This document shows, piece by piece, positions 37,608 through 47,612 of a stretch of DNA of 64,000 nucleotides (within the stretch, counting starts at the first letter, position 1; each line of letters starts with the position of its first letter). The stretch is taken from positions 96,001 to 160,000 of IMG/VR virus record IMGVR_UViG_3300035696_000004, one strand, 5' to 3'. The notes under the pieces were generated by a model. It saw nothing but the letters and a program-made list of their open reading frames with translations. It had not been told where the DNA came from and did not search any database. A program made the position numbers and the translations under genes. The stretch is from a virus (taxonomy: Duplodnaviria; Caudoviricetes).

Positions 37608-40562
37608 ATGGCTACGGAAACCATTAGTGCGTTGTTGAGCAATATGGACAATTACAAGTTCAACCCTGCGCTGATCCAGCAAGACATGTTCAGTCATTTG
37701 AACTATGTGACGAACGGCGATGTCACCATCGTTGATCCGAGTAACCCATTTGTATTTGCCATGGAGGCAGCGTGTGTTCTGACCGCAGGTTTCATGGCGC
37801 AGGACGAAGTCTTGACGCGACGGCAGTACCCGTCACTTGCGCAGACGGTCGATGATCTCTATTACCACATGTCGGACAAGGACTACATCAATCGCTTTGC
37901 CAGTCCGTCCAAAGTAGCGGTACAGTTCATCTTCAGTGAAACGGAACTGGCTGCCCTCCTGGTGGAAGATACCAGTACGGGGATTTACAAGATCGTTATT
38001 CCTCGCAATACGTACGTCACCGTGGGAGGCGCGACGTTCAGTCTCCAGTATCCGATCGAGATTCGTCAAATGCCTCACGGCGGCTGGCAGGTGGTCTACG
38101 ATACGACCACGGTATCACCCCTCCAGACGCTCTCGACCAACGTCATTGACTGGAAGCTCGTCAACAACAATGACGTCACCTGGATGTGGTTTGAAGTCGA
38201 TATGTACCAATTCGACATCATCACCCAGACGGAAAGTGTGACAGCAGCGAGTGCGGTGAATGTCAATGTATCGTTGACATCGGGTATGCAATATTACTAT
38301 TGCCGTGTCTGGTATCAAGATACGACGACATCCGAGTGGGTGGAAATGGCGACGACCCATAACCCACGCGTCTACGACCCGCTCACGCTGACGGCTGTCT
38401 TGCAGTTGGATTCAGGGACACTGAATGTCACCATTCCGGAAATCTACATCACGCAGTCTCTGCTGAGCTCGCATATCCGGATCGACGTCTACGAGACACA
38501 AGGCAATATCACACTGGATCTGAGCGTGTACGACCAGTCGAGCTTTGTGACGACGTTCTACTGGGTCGATACCAATGACTCTACGATTTACGTAGCGCCA
38601 TTGACGAAACTCAAAACGTACAACGCCTTCTCGGACGGGATCACTAATGGCGGGACAGACGCTTTGTCATTCAGTGATCTTCGAACACAGGTCATCACGA
38701 ATGCGATTGGTTCCCCGTCGCTACCGATCACCAACGTCCAGCTGGCAACCGCTGCGCAAGAGAATGGCTTCAATATCGTAGCGAATGTCGACAACATCAC
38801 GAATCGTCGATTCCTAGCAACGCGACTCTTGCCAGCACCAACAGAAGACACGCTCATCACTGCGGCGAATGCCAGTATCGAAACACTCGTAACAACGATG
38901 GCAGCCGCAACGAAACTCGCCAGCGTCGTCGATAACGACACGAGTATCACGATTACACCGGATACGCTATTCCTTGACAAGAATGGCTCCATCTCCCTGG
39001 TGCAAACCGCCGTCGTGAAAGCACTGTTGGCCATGACGCCTGAGAACAGAGCAATCGCTGTGACGGGTGCAGGCTATTACTACACGCCGTGGCACTATGT
39101 GGTGGATATGTCTGGGAGCGAACTGGATGTCCGTCCTTACTATCTGGATGGTCCGACCGCAGGACCCAAGGTATTTGTCGGTGAGAACGACACGACGTTG
39201 TTGACGGTGAGTGCAGATACCTACGGGATCTCCAGAACGGATACGGGTTACAAACTGACAGTGACGACGACGTCGAATACAGCGTTCCAAGCACTGAAGG
39301 ACGATACGATCTATGTCCAACTAGCCTACATCCCGTATGGCGAAACGACGTATGCTTATCTGAACGGTGTCTTCCAAGGTGCTACAGGGACCACAGGTGC
39401 TAGCGAGCGGATCTACACGTTTGACCTTTTGACCAACTTCAATGTGACGTCGGATGACAATCTCCAGTTGTCCAAGTTCACGATGACGGACACCACCGTC
39501 CGTACGACGGATTGCCCGCTGACTCAGACGTTTGAGTTGCTTTGGGCGACCTCGGCGACGTTATCGAGCACGTACACGAGTGACACCATTGACAACTACC
39601 TCGGTAAGTATCTGCTGCCGACGAACATCAAGGGCGTGACGCATGAGCAATTGACGATTGTCTTTGGTCAATCGCTTGATGCATTGTGGAGTACCTCTCG
39701 GACGACGGCTTCGTCAGTGACGTATGAAACGTATTCGGTGAATGTTCCGAATTACTGGAAGGAGGATGTTTACAAGGTTCAGGACACGGCCACGGGTAGC
39801 ATCATTGGATTCAACTCAGATGGTTCGATCCTGATGGAAAAGCTTCACTCTATCGGGGATCCGGTGCTGGACAGCAATGGAAATCAGACCTATCTGCATT
39901 TGGCTGGAGACACAGTGCTGGATGCTTCGACAGGACTCCCTGTTGCGGCGTCTGTAAGGGGGCTAGAACAACAGATTGATCTCATGTTGATCGATGCTGT
40001 CTACTGGTTCGCTACGGACTCCACAGCGGTCTCCTATCGGTCCGAACTGATCAAGACGTATCTCAGCTGGATCGTTACGGACTTGCCTGAAATCCAGAGC
40101 TATTGCTTGGAAGAGACGGAAATCTACTTCCACCCGCAAGCGACCCAGGGTCAGATCGCTGTATTGCCAGCAGGTGGTGTTCAGCAAGAGATCGATGCGG
40201 CTCAAAGTTTTGTGGCGAACTTGTATGTTTCCAAGTCTGTCTACAACAACTCGAGTCTGACATCGAAGTTGTCGTCTACGACGATCTCGACACTCGCAAC
40301 CGCACTACAGAGTGAGACGGTATCGATGAGTTCGATCATCGACACGTTGTCGGGTCTCTACGGGTCGGATGTTATCAGCTTCTCGATCTCTGGTCTCGGG
40401 GGTTCGAGCAACGACTTCAACGCTGTCACGGTGGTCAATGGGGAAACCCGTTTGAGTCTGGCGAAACGCCTGACAGCTCAAGCGGACAACACGTTGATTG
40501 TGGAAGAAGCGGTGACGGTCAACTTCATTATTTACAAACCGTCAACGACGTCGGTTAGCTAA
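37608..40562 (+). CDS. phiKZ-like baseplate wedge protein
   Basis: 984 aa; DPSNPFVFAME, LYYHMSDKDY, IVIPRNT..TVGG baseplate J/gp6-like N-terminus. Confidence 0.75.
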   Translation: MATETISALLSNMDNYKFNPALIQQDMFSHLNYVTNGDVTIVDPSNPFVFAMEAACVLTAGFMAQDEVLTRRQYPSLAQTVDDLYYHMSDKDYINRFASPSKVAVQFIFSETELAALLVEDTSTGIYKIVIPRNTYVTVGGATFSLQYPIEIRQMPHGGWQVVYDTTTVSPLQTLSTNVIDWKLVNNNDVTWMWFEVDMYQFDIITQTESVTAASAVNVNVSLTSGMQYYYCRVWYQDTTTSEWVEMATTHNPRVYDPLTLTAVLQLDSGTLNVTIPEIYITQSLLSSHIRIDVYETQGNITLDLSVYDQSSFVTTFYWVDTNDSTIYVAPLTKLKTYNAFSDGITNGGTDALSFSDLRTQVITNAIGSPSLPITNVQLATAAQENGFNIVANVDNITNRRFLATRLLPAPTEDTLITAANASIETLVTTMAAATKLASVVDNDTSITITPDTLFLDKNGSISLVQTAVVKALLAMTPENRAIAVTGAGYYYTPWHYVVDMSGSELDVRPYYLDGPTAGPKVFVGENDTTLLTVSADTYGISRTDTGYKLTVTTTSNTAFQALKDDTIYVQLAYIPYGETTYAYLNGVFQGATGTTGASERIYTFDLLTNFNVTSDDNLQLSKFTMTDTTVRTTDCPLTQTFELLWATSATLSSTYTSDTIDNYLGKYLLPTNIKGVTHEQLTIVFGQSLDALWSTSRTTASSVTYETYSVNVPNYWKEDVYKVQDTATGSIIGFNSDGSILMEKLHSIGDPVLDSNGNQTYLHLAGDTVLDASTGLPVAASVRGLEQQIDLMLIDAVYWFATDSTAVSYRSELIKTYLSWIVTDLPEIQSYCLEETEIYFHPQATQGQIAVLPAGGVQQEIDAAQSFVANLYVSKSVYNNSSLTSKLSSTTISTLATALQSETVSMSSIIDTLSGLYGSDVISFSISGLGGSSNDFNAVTVVNGETRLSLAKRLTAQADNTLIVEEAVTVNFIIYKPSTTSVS

Positions 40563-40605
40563 CGGCATAAACGCCCAGAGGCCTAGGCCTCTGGGCACTA
40601 TGTCA
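40563..40605. terminator. bidirectional hairpin terminator between convergent genes
   Basis: 24-bp perfect palindrome GCCCAGAGGCCTAGGCCTCTGGGC with TATG on both exits. Confidence 0.8.
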
Positions 40606-42108
40606 CTTCTTGAAGAAGTTCCTGAGTTTCATGCTGAAATTCTTGCGCTTCGAGTCCGTTTCTTTCAGGCTTGCTTGGAAGTCGTGCATGGCCTTTTCAG
40701 CCGCAATATTCCCATTGCCTTTAATCTCCGAATACATCTTTGCGCAGAATCGCGACCCGAATGCAATCACTTCGCTCATGTAGTACATGTAGCTCAGCCG
40801 ATATCGATTGACTTGGTCATAGACCACGTGCAAGTCAATCAGGTCACCGTGGATCGCGTAGAGAGCGGCTCTCAACGGACGAGCATGCTCTGCTGGCATT
40901 CCCACGGCAGTCGGATCGGCAGCGGCGTTGCCAATGAAGATTTCAAGGTCTTCGATCGTCTTTGTCAGGAGTTCGACTTGACCAACCGACTTCGGAACCC
41001 AATCCATCAGTTTGATAAAGGCGCTATTACGATCCGAAGCACGAGCGGCTTGATTCAGGATGCCTTCTAGGGTCAGTTTCTTCGTGACGACCTTGCCTTT
41101 CAACGAATTGGCCTTGGTCACCAAACGTTGATTGACTTCTTGCAGGGTCAGATCTCCTCCATCGAACGATACCGTAATCTTCCCGGTGATCGAAGCGAGT
41201 TGCTTGTTCGCCACAGCGAAGTTGGCTTGCTTCTCATCATCCGGTTGGTTCTTCATGGATTGCTTGAAGATTGCCAGGATCGCTTTGACGCGAGAATCCA
41301 TTTGGACCAGCATCGACTTCGAGGCGTCAGCAAGTCGTTTGACTTCTTGGGTGTATTCACCTTCATCCAAGATATCATGCATCATGGCGTCGCCACTACG
41401 CAGCAGGTCACGGAAAGCGGTTCCCATGGAACCATCCGAGATCAACTTGTCGACGATAGCATCGATCGAGTTGACGTCTTCCGTAGCGCCTTTGCTATCG
41501 GCGATGGTCACACCGCGACGAACTTGGAACTCGACCTCACGCGCCGCATCTGCCGCCTTCTTGAGATCGACGCCCATGTCCTTGGCATCACTGGCATCGG
41601 TCTGACATTCCTCTGCGAGCTCTTGAGCATCCTTTCGGATCTCTTGAGCCATTGCAGCGACACCTTTGTCTTTGGTGGCACCATCAGCCTTCTTCCCGAG
41701 CATCCAACGGATGAGGCGGTAGAGAAGATACATAAGAGCTGCGGACGCTGCCACAATAGCAGCCCAGATCCCCCCGGTAATCGCTTCCAGAGAAACAGTG
41801 TAGCGTGTCGCGGTCGGTTCCTTGGTATAGAATCCAATCGGAGACCCGTGATCGAAGTCAGGGATCAGACGTTGGGCCTCCATCGCGAAGGATTGCGACA
41901 TACCGCCAGCTTTCAGGATATCGTCCAGCAGATATCCCAAATCCTCCAGGGCGTGACCGGCATCAGTGAAATCCCCCATGTCACCCAGATCGAGTGGTGC
42001 CAACGGAATACCGCCAGAACTCACCATGGAGCCGGATTCTTCAGGAATGAGGGTCTCTTCATGCTGGGTGATATCGTCCACCCAGGAATTCAAGTTCCCA
42101 TCAGTCAT
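40603..42108 (-). CDS. phiKZ-like virion head/ejection protein
   Basis: GGMSQSFAMEAQ and VSLEA propeptide-type motifs followed by a hydrophobic helix. Confidence 0.7.
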   Translation of the reverse strand: MTDGNLNSWVDDITQHEETLIPEESGSMVSSGGIPLAPLDLGDMGDFTDAGHALEDLGYLLDDILKAGGMSQSFAMEAQRLIPDFDHGSPIGFYTKEPTATRYTVSLEAITGGIWAAIVAASAALMYLLYRLIRWMLGKKADGATKDKGVAAMAQEIRKDAQELAEECQTDASDAKDMGVDLKKAADAAREVEFQVRRGVTIADSKGATEDVNSIDAIVDKLISDGSMGTAFRDLLRSGDAMMHDILDEGEYTQEVKRLADASKSMLVQMDSRVKAILAIFKQSMKNQPDDEKQANFAVANKQLASITGKITVSFDGGDLTLQEVNQRLVTKANSLKGKVVTKKLTLEGILNQAARASDRNSAFIKLMDWVPKSVGQVELLTKTIEDLEIFIGNAAADPTAVGMPAEHARPLRAALYAIHGDLIDLHVVYDQVNRYRLSYMYYMSEVIAFGSRFCAKMYSEIKGNGNIAAEKAMHDFQASLKETDSKRKNFSMKLRNFFKK

Positions 42109-42556
42109 TCTCGCGCTCCTTCAGGAGAAATTCCAGCTCGTTGGCCAGACTGAAGATTTCATCGTTCCATTTGTTCAGGAACTCGATCTCTTCCGGCGAT
42201 ACGACCGAAGCCACACCGATCAAGCTCGAGAAGAAGCAGCTGTTAGCCTTCTGGGTGATCAAGAAAGGCTTCGGGAAGGCAGCGTTGTAACGCACCTGCC
42301 AGAAACGCTTGGTGAGCTCTACCGCCCACTTGGTGTTGAAGACAGAGCCTTCATTGACGTAGTCGATCAGGTCGTAGCTCTTCGACATCCCGTTATCCAT
42401 GAAGTACCCGTGGATATCCGTCGTTTCAGCAGAAGGCAGACCCACTCGCTTGGCCGCGACCGTGGCGACAGCAGCCGCCAGCACCTTCTGGCGCTGCGAA
42501 GCATCTTGGACGAGCGTATTCAGGCGCTGGTTGAATTTGATCATAATCGGGTTCAT
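42101..42556 (-). CDS. conserved phiKZ-like hypothetical protein
   Basis: 151 aa; FWQVRY motif; in the structural operon. Confidence 0.6.
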   Translation of the reverse strand: MNPIMIKFNQRLNTLVQDASQRQKVLAAAVATVAAKRVGLPSAETTDIHGYFMDNGMSKSYDLIDYVNEGSVFNTKWAVELTKRFWQVRYNAAFPKPFLITQKANSCFFSSLIGVASVVSPEEIEFLNKWNDEIFSLANELEFLLKEREND

Positions 42557-42568
42557 TCTTGTCTTCCT

Positions 42569-43867
42569 TTATGCCAGAATGGTGAGTTCTTTTGCTTTGA
42601 CGAAGAGGTCGTTGGCGACCAAGCTTTCGAGTTCTTGTTGGAGGGTTTCGGCGGAGAGACGCTTCTTCTGACTGGACGAGAAGAAACCCCATACCACATC
42701 GAACCACTGACGGCGGTCATTGACAGCCTTCAGGTATTCATCCACGATAGCGATGTCCTCGAGGATCTTTTCGATGGCCTTTTTGTCCAGACCCTTGACC
42801 TTGAGGTTTTCGACCATCTCGTTGCGAATACGTTTTGCTCGCACGCCAGGGCGATCATAGATCGTCGAGCCCAGACCATCCACTGCCGTAAAGATCATCC
42901 AGCCAAACGCCGTGTACATACTCAGGAGTGTCGCTACGCCACCCGATACAGCCAGAGCGATCGTCAAGATGAGCAGGATCGTCTTGAGCGCTTCCATCGC
43001 AATGTACTTGCCTGTCGTACGGAACGAGATGTGACCCGCTTCCCGGCTCAACTTGTCCAGGAACGTCAGGAGATGGCGACCTGCACCGTAACGACCAGCG
43101 TACTGGTCAGCGAGTTGCTCCCAGTTGTTGGCGTCATAAATGTTGGTGCCGAGTGCGGAGATGGATTCTTTCACCGCTGCATTGACGATGACCGTTTCCA
43201 CGACCGTCTTGTTGTTCGACTTGGTGAGCTCTTGGACATCCAGGTCGGAGAGCTTCATGGCTTTGCGTGCAGCGATCAGGAGCGTTTCTTTTTCCGGTAC
43301 GCTATACGAACCATCCAGACCGCGTGATACCCCTGCCAAGACTTGGTTGTTCGTCATGGAACGACTGATGTACTCGAGGTACGTCATCAAGTGACCGACT
43401 TCATGCAACGTTGCTGCTGCAAATTCTTCGGACGTGTACTTCTTGTTGAGGAGCAAAGCGGACGATACGTAGATACGGGACTTCATTTCCGAGAACACAC
43501 CCGTCACCCGACCCGTCTGGATGTTGACCGATCCCCGAGCCATTTGTTCGGCATTCTTCACCATGGCCAGACCTTCACGGTCATGGAAGTAATGACGAAT
43601 GTAGCTATTGATCAGAGGGTTGTTGCGGTTGATATCCGGGATATCCACTTCAAAACCACCGTAGCCCAGTACGAGCTCGACATTCAAGCCGCCTTCTTTA
43701 CCGCCGGTGTGGTTCTTGATAATCGCTTGGACCATCGCGAGTTCATCAGAACCTTCCAGTTGATCAGCCGTCAGCGCCCGGATCTCATCATACGCCAGGA
43801 CGAGTTCCTTAAAAAACAAATCGCTCTGAAACGCTACCGCTTCAAAGCCCATTCCAAATTTTCTCAT
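42569..43867 (-). CDS. phiKZ-like virion protein with HExxH zinc-metalloprotease (M48-like) motifs
   Basis: AATLHEVGH, downstream EQLADQYAGRYG..L...LDKL, two hydrophobic helices. Confidence 0.7.
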   Translation of the reverse strand: MRKFGMGFEAVAFQSDLFFKELVLAYDEIRALTADQLEGSDELAMVQAIIKNHTGGKEGGLNVELVLGYGGFEVDIPDINRNNPLINSYIRHYFHDREGLAMVKNAEQMARGSVNIQTGRVTGVFSEMKSRIYVSSALLLNKKYTSEEFAAATLHEVGHLMTYLEYISRSMTNNQVLAGVSRGLDGSYSVPEKETLLIAARKAMKLSDLDVQELTKSNNKTVVETVIVNAAVKESISALGTNIYDANNWEQLADQYAGRYGAGRHLLTFLDKLSREAGHISFRTTGKYIAMEALKTILLILTIALAVSGGVATLLSMYTAFGWMIFTAVDGLGSTIYDRPGVRAKRIRNEMVENLKVKGLDKKAIEKILEDIAIVDEYLKAVNDRRQWFDVVWGFFSSSQKKRLSAETLQQELESLVANDLFVKAKELTILA

Positions 43868-43950
43868 GATGAAATCCTGGGGGACTATTTAAAAATTATC
43901 AAACGGTCTTATCGTTTGACTGAGAATTATCACAGAATTAAAGGGCGGCT

Positions 43951-45681
43951 ATGGCTAAAATCCCAAAAGATGAGATTGCAGGTTACGAGTGCCGATTCGC
44001 TGTACACATCCCTCCACCTCCGGGGGAACACAACGACTACCACTTGATCAAAGAAGTCATTCACCTCAAGGATGGCTCTCGCGTCCCAAATATCCGCATC
44101 AAAGAGAATTTCAAACGTTCCTTCTACGTCACCAAGAAAGGGTTTCAAAACCACAAGAGCAAGAAGGAATGGGAAGACATCGATAAGCTCAACAAGTTCG
44201 AGTGCACGCAAAGTGAACTCCAATTTGCTGTCGCTAAAGCCCTGGGTGCAACAGGCAAGATGGACAAATGGGTACCGACCCCGATGCAAGTCGGTAAGAA
44301 AGGATCACGTAGCCCATATCTCTACGGTAGTGACATTCTCTCCACGGCGATCATCAAACGACAATACGCGGAAGCCTTCCCGACACTCAACACACCCTAT
44401 TCGGTAGCCTGTTTCGATACGGAAACCGATATGGAGAATGGCACCGGCGAAATTATCATGGCGACGCTCTCTTTTGGGAGTAAAGTCGTTACGGCTGTTC
44501 GGCGTGACTTTCTCAATGGTGTCGCGAATGCAGAAGAACGTGCTCGCGAGATGTTTCAACGTTATCTCGGCAATATCACGGATAGCGATGGCAATGTTAC
44601 AAACCTCGTCGAGAGTCGAAAGATCGATTGGGAACTCAAGATCGTCGACACAGAGATCGAGATCATCACGACGTGCTTTAAACGAGCACACGAGTGGAAG
44701 CCGGACTTTGTAGCTATCTTCAATATCGACTTCGATGTCCCGAAGATGCTCGATGCCTGCAAACGTGCCGGTGTAGATCCCAAAGATATCTTCTGCGATC
44801 CTTGTATACCGAAGGCCTATCGGTTCTTCAATTACGTTCAGGGACCGCGCCAAAAGAAGACAGCCAAAGGGGACATCACTCCGCTCAAACCCCATGAGCA
44901 GTGGCATACGGTCTTTTGTCCGGCGAGTTTCTACTTTATTGACGCGATGTGCGTCTATAAAAAGATCCGGAACGCTGAGCAGGAAGAGCCCTCGTACAGT
45001 TTGGATGCGTTGCTCAACAAGCATCTTGGGTTGCGTAAGCTGAACTTTACGGTGGCAGATGGTTTTGTTAAGGCCGACTGGCATATCTTCATGCAGACGC
45101 AATATAAGCTCGAATACGTCATTTACAACGTGTTCGACTGCGTCTCGATGGAGTTGCTCGATGAGAAGACAAAGGACTTGTCGATCGCGATGCCGATGCA
45201 GTCGGGAAGTTCTGACTTCTGCAACTTCAAGTCACAGCCTCGCCGTACGGTTGACAACTTGCATTTCGTCTGCCTGATGCGAGACAAGGTCATTGGGTCG
45301 ACGTCTGATGAGATGTCGGACGGATTCGATGGGTTGACTTTGGGCCTTGACGATTGGATCGTTACCCTGCCGGCACACTTGGTGATGGATAATGGTCTTT
45401 GTATCATCGAGGAATATCCGGCGATGCGCACCAATTGCCGGGCGCACATAGGTGATTTGGACGTTTCGGCAAGTTATCCAAATGGCGAGTGTGTCTTCAA
45501 TGTTTCGAAAGAGACGACCCATACAGAACTCTGTTCTATTGAGGGTGTGGACGAGGAACTCCAGCGATTGGAAGGTGTCAATCTCAGTGCAGGGCCAACG
45601 AATGCACTTGAAATTTGTCACCATCTAATGGGGATGCCCACGTTGGATGAGCTCCTCGAATCATTTGAAGATGCTGCCTAA
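43951..45681 (+). CDS. DNA polymerase family B, split subunit (3'-5' exonuclease plus motif A; phiKZ gp82-like)
   Basis: ExoI FDTET, ExoII FNIDFD, ExoIII YNVFD, Pol motif A DLDVSASYP near the C-terminus. Confidence 0.85.
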   Translation: MAKIPKDEIAGYECRFAVHIPPPPGEHNDYHLIKEVIHLKDGSRVPNIRIKENFKRSFYVTKKGFQNHKSKKEWEDIDKLNKFECTQSELQFAVAKALGATGKMDKWVPTPMQVGKKGSRSPYLYGSDILSTAIIKRQYAEAFPTLNTPYSVACFDTETDMENGTGEIIMATLSFGSKVVTAVRRDFLNGVANAEERAREMFQRYLGNITDSDGNVTNLVESRKIDWELKIVDTEIEIITTCFKRAHEWKPDFVAIFNIDFDVPKMLDACKRAGVDPKDIFCDPCIPKAYRFFNYVQGPRQKKTAKGDITPLKPHEQWHTVFCPASFYFIDAMCVYKKIRNAEQEEPSYSLDALLNKHLGLRKLNFTVADGFVKADWHIFMQTQYKLEYVIYNVFDCVSMELLDEKTKDLSIAMPMQSGSSDFCNFKSQPRRTVDNLHFVCLMRDKVIGSTSDEMSDGFDGLTLGLDDWIVTLPAHLVMDNGLCIIEEYPAMRTNCRAHIGDLDVSASYPNGECVFNVSKETTHTELCSIEGVDEELQRLEGVNLSAGPTNALEICHHLMGMPTLDELLESFEDAA

Positions 45682-46069
45682 GGTGACATATATGGAAGAC
45701 CCTTACAGACTTTGGACAATTCAAATGGGTAGTTGGCGGGTAGCGAGGGATAGAGGGATCAAGTTTCTCGATATCACGGCAAAATCCGGCATTGCGCTGT
45801 TTGCTCCTGATTTCTCATTAGTCATGGGGTACAAGAACGGTTCTGTTAGTGAGGAGGAATACACTCGGCACTATCTAGACAAGATGATGAGGAGTCAGAG
45901 AAGCGCTCCTAATTACTGGAATAACCTGCAACGTTATCACGACATTGCGTTCGCGTGTTACTGTCCACCTGATGTCTTTTGTCATCGGCATTTGTTTAGA
46001 GATTTAGCAAGTGAACATTTGATCAAATTAGGTCACTCTGTTGAATTGATGGGTGAGTTACAAAAATAA
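45671..46069 (+). CDS. DUF488-like protein
   Basis: FAP...YKNG and ACYC...FCHRHL motifs. Confidence 0.55.
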   Translation: MLPKVTYMEDPYRLWTIQMGSWRVARDRGIKFLDITAKSGIALFAPDFSLVMGYKNGSVSEEEYTRHYLDKMMRSQRSAPNYWNNLQRYHDIAFACYCPPDVFCHRHLFRDLASEHLIKLGHSVELMGELQK

Positions 46070-46098
46070 ACAAAGAAAAAAAAGAATGGTGGTGATTG

Positions 46099-46134
46099 CC
46101 CCCTGAGAGCCTAGGCTCTCAGGGGGTGTATGAC
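46099..46134. terminator. bidirectional hairpin between convergent units
   Basis: 28-bp perfect palindrome CCCCCTGAGAGCCTAGGCTCTCAGGGGG followed by TGTATGAC. Confidence 0.8.
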
Positions 46135-46135
46135 G

Positions 46136-46306
46136 TCAGTGCAGCTTTTGTAGCGCGCATCGGCGCGCATTGTTGATCAGGAGGGTACGTTCCAGACCCG
46201 GCAGGGTAGGTAGGAGCGTTTGTTCGTAGGCACGGAGATAGTCGGCTAGGGCTTCACCGACACGGCGGTCACGGAACTTTACGGAGGTACGATCAGTAGG
46301 TCTCAT
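46136..46306 (-). CDS. 56-aa small protein absent from the ORF track
   Basis: MRPTDRTSVKFRDRRVGEALADYLRAYEQTLLPTLPGLERTLLINNARRCALQKLH; AAGGAG SD; ends at a terminator. Confidence 0.7.
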   Translation of the reverse strand: MRPTDRTSVKFRDRRVGEALADYLRAYEQTLLPTLPGLERTLLINNARRCALQKLH

Positions 46307-46371
46307 GATGACTCCTTGACGATGAAATGACCGCGATCAGATATAGTCACGGTCGATCTAGCAGAATGATT

Positions 46372-47079
46372 TCAGAACCCCATTGACATCATGAGGTCTA
46401 TGATTGTCCGAGTACCCGTGCGACCCAGATTCGGGAGCTTGAGCAGCGCTTCTTCTTTCACCACCATCAAGTCCAGCAGGTTGTTGATTCCTGCTGCGAT
46501 GAGGGTATTTTTCACCCGTTGTTGCAACGGCAGCCGTTCGACAGGTACATGGGCCAGCAAGCCGACAGGGATCGCACGACCCTGCACTTGACGCAAGGTG
46601 CGTTTCGTTTCATCGTACTCGATGAAACCGGACGAGTAATACGGGGCTTCGATCGTAGACGAACCCGTCAGGGTGTCCAAAACACGTTCCAAAGCCTCTT
46701 GAGTCGGGTAGAAGTACCGGACCCGTTTATCTTCGGCAGGCCCCAAAACCATGGCGGCATTTGTGTCGTCCTTGGCCGACGGGTCGATCTGACCTGCGTT
46801 TACGACCTTGCTCAGGTCCGACGCACTGATGATGCGTTTCAGATCTTCGAGGGGGATGTGGGTTTCGCTGGCCGCGATCCCATCCACATCGGACTGGGAG
46901 AGGACGTACAAGAACGGGAACACGCTCTCGTCCATATAGGTCAGCAGATGCATACCGCATTGCTTTTCGAGCTCTTCAATACCCGCTGCGTTTTTCACGT
47001 AGTAGGTGTTTTCGAAGACCTTGACACACGCGTCACCTGCCAAGATTTTGAGCAGGGGGGAATTGTTAGTTTTAGCCAT
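46372..47079 (-). CDS. protein with C-terminal RNA polymerase alpha-CTD-like domain
   Basis: PVERLPLQQRVKNTLIAAGINNLLDL...LLKLPNLGR aligns by eye with E. coli [26 protein letters not shown]...LLKTPNLGK. Confidence 0.8.
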   Translation of the reverse strand: MAKTNNSPLLKILAGDACVKVFENTYYVKNAAGIEELEKQCGMHLLTYMDESVFPFLYVLSQSDVDGIAASETHIPLEDLKRIISASDLSKVVNAGQIDPSAKDDTNAAMVLGPAEDKRVRYFYPTQEALERVLDTLTGSSTIEAPYYSSGFIEYDETKRTLRQVQGRAIPVGLLAHVPVERLPLQQRVKNTLIAAGINNLLDLMVVKEEALLKLPNLGRTGTRTIIDLMMSMGF

Positions 47080-47092
47080 GGTGTTTCCTTTG

Positions 47093-47545
47093 TTAGATGA
47101 TGGAGGTGAGATGGTGAACATACGGGAAGCGCTTGCACTTCATGCCAAAACGCCCGTGGTCGGCCGGTAAAGGTTCGAGCGTGGCCGGATTAAAGCCGAG
47201 CCAAGCGATAATGCTTTCCCGGGTGAAGAAGTGGACAGTACCTTTGTACTCGTCGTAATTCATCGGGGTGACTGCTGCGCAGACCAGTGACACGATATCG
47301 ATAGGTCCATCGACTTCGAAGCTGTACATGCCGCGAGCCACCCCGTAGATGTTCTGGTCTACCACTTTATACAGGAAGGTGTAACTGGTGTCGCAGAGCG
47401 CCAAGACTTCAACAAGTCGCCGCTCCGGGGCGGCGAAGAGCTCCTGGAGATCATCACCGGGAAGAACCTTGTAAGAACACTGTACCGACCGGACATTGTA
47501 AATGCAATCGATGCGGTCCCCGACAGAAATCAGTTTGGTCATCAT
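47093..47545 (-). CDS. hypothetical protein
   Basis: 150-aa ORF in the early operon. Confidence 0.65.
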   Translation of the reverse strand: MMTKLISVGDRIDCIYNVRSVQCSYKVLPGDDLQELFAAPERRLVEVLALCDTSYTFLYKVVDQNIYGVARGMYSFEVDGPIDIVSLVCAAVTPMNYDEYKGTVHFFTRESIIAWLGFNPATLEPLPADHGRFGMKCKRFPYVHHLTSII

Positions 47546-47575
47546 TTTTTAGATCTCTCTTATTAGACAGAATAG

Positions 47576-47601
47576 CACCCGGGGACCGAAGTCCCCGGGT
47601 G
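47576..47601 (-). terminator. cUUCGg hairpin, putative terminator
   Basis: CACCCGGGGAC/GTCCCCGGGTG 11-bp stem. Confidence 0.7.
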
Positions 47602-47612
47602 TCGTGATGTGA

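Noticed and set aside
46070-46371. tRNA, CRISPR mini-array or ncRNA in the larger intergenic gaps
   Set aside because: No cloverleaf or repeat-spacer pattern; this gap is explained by a terminator and a 56-aa ORF
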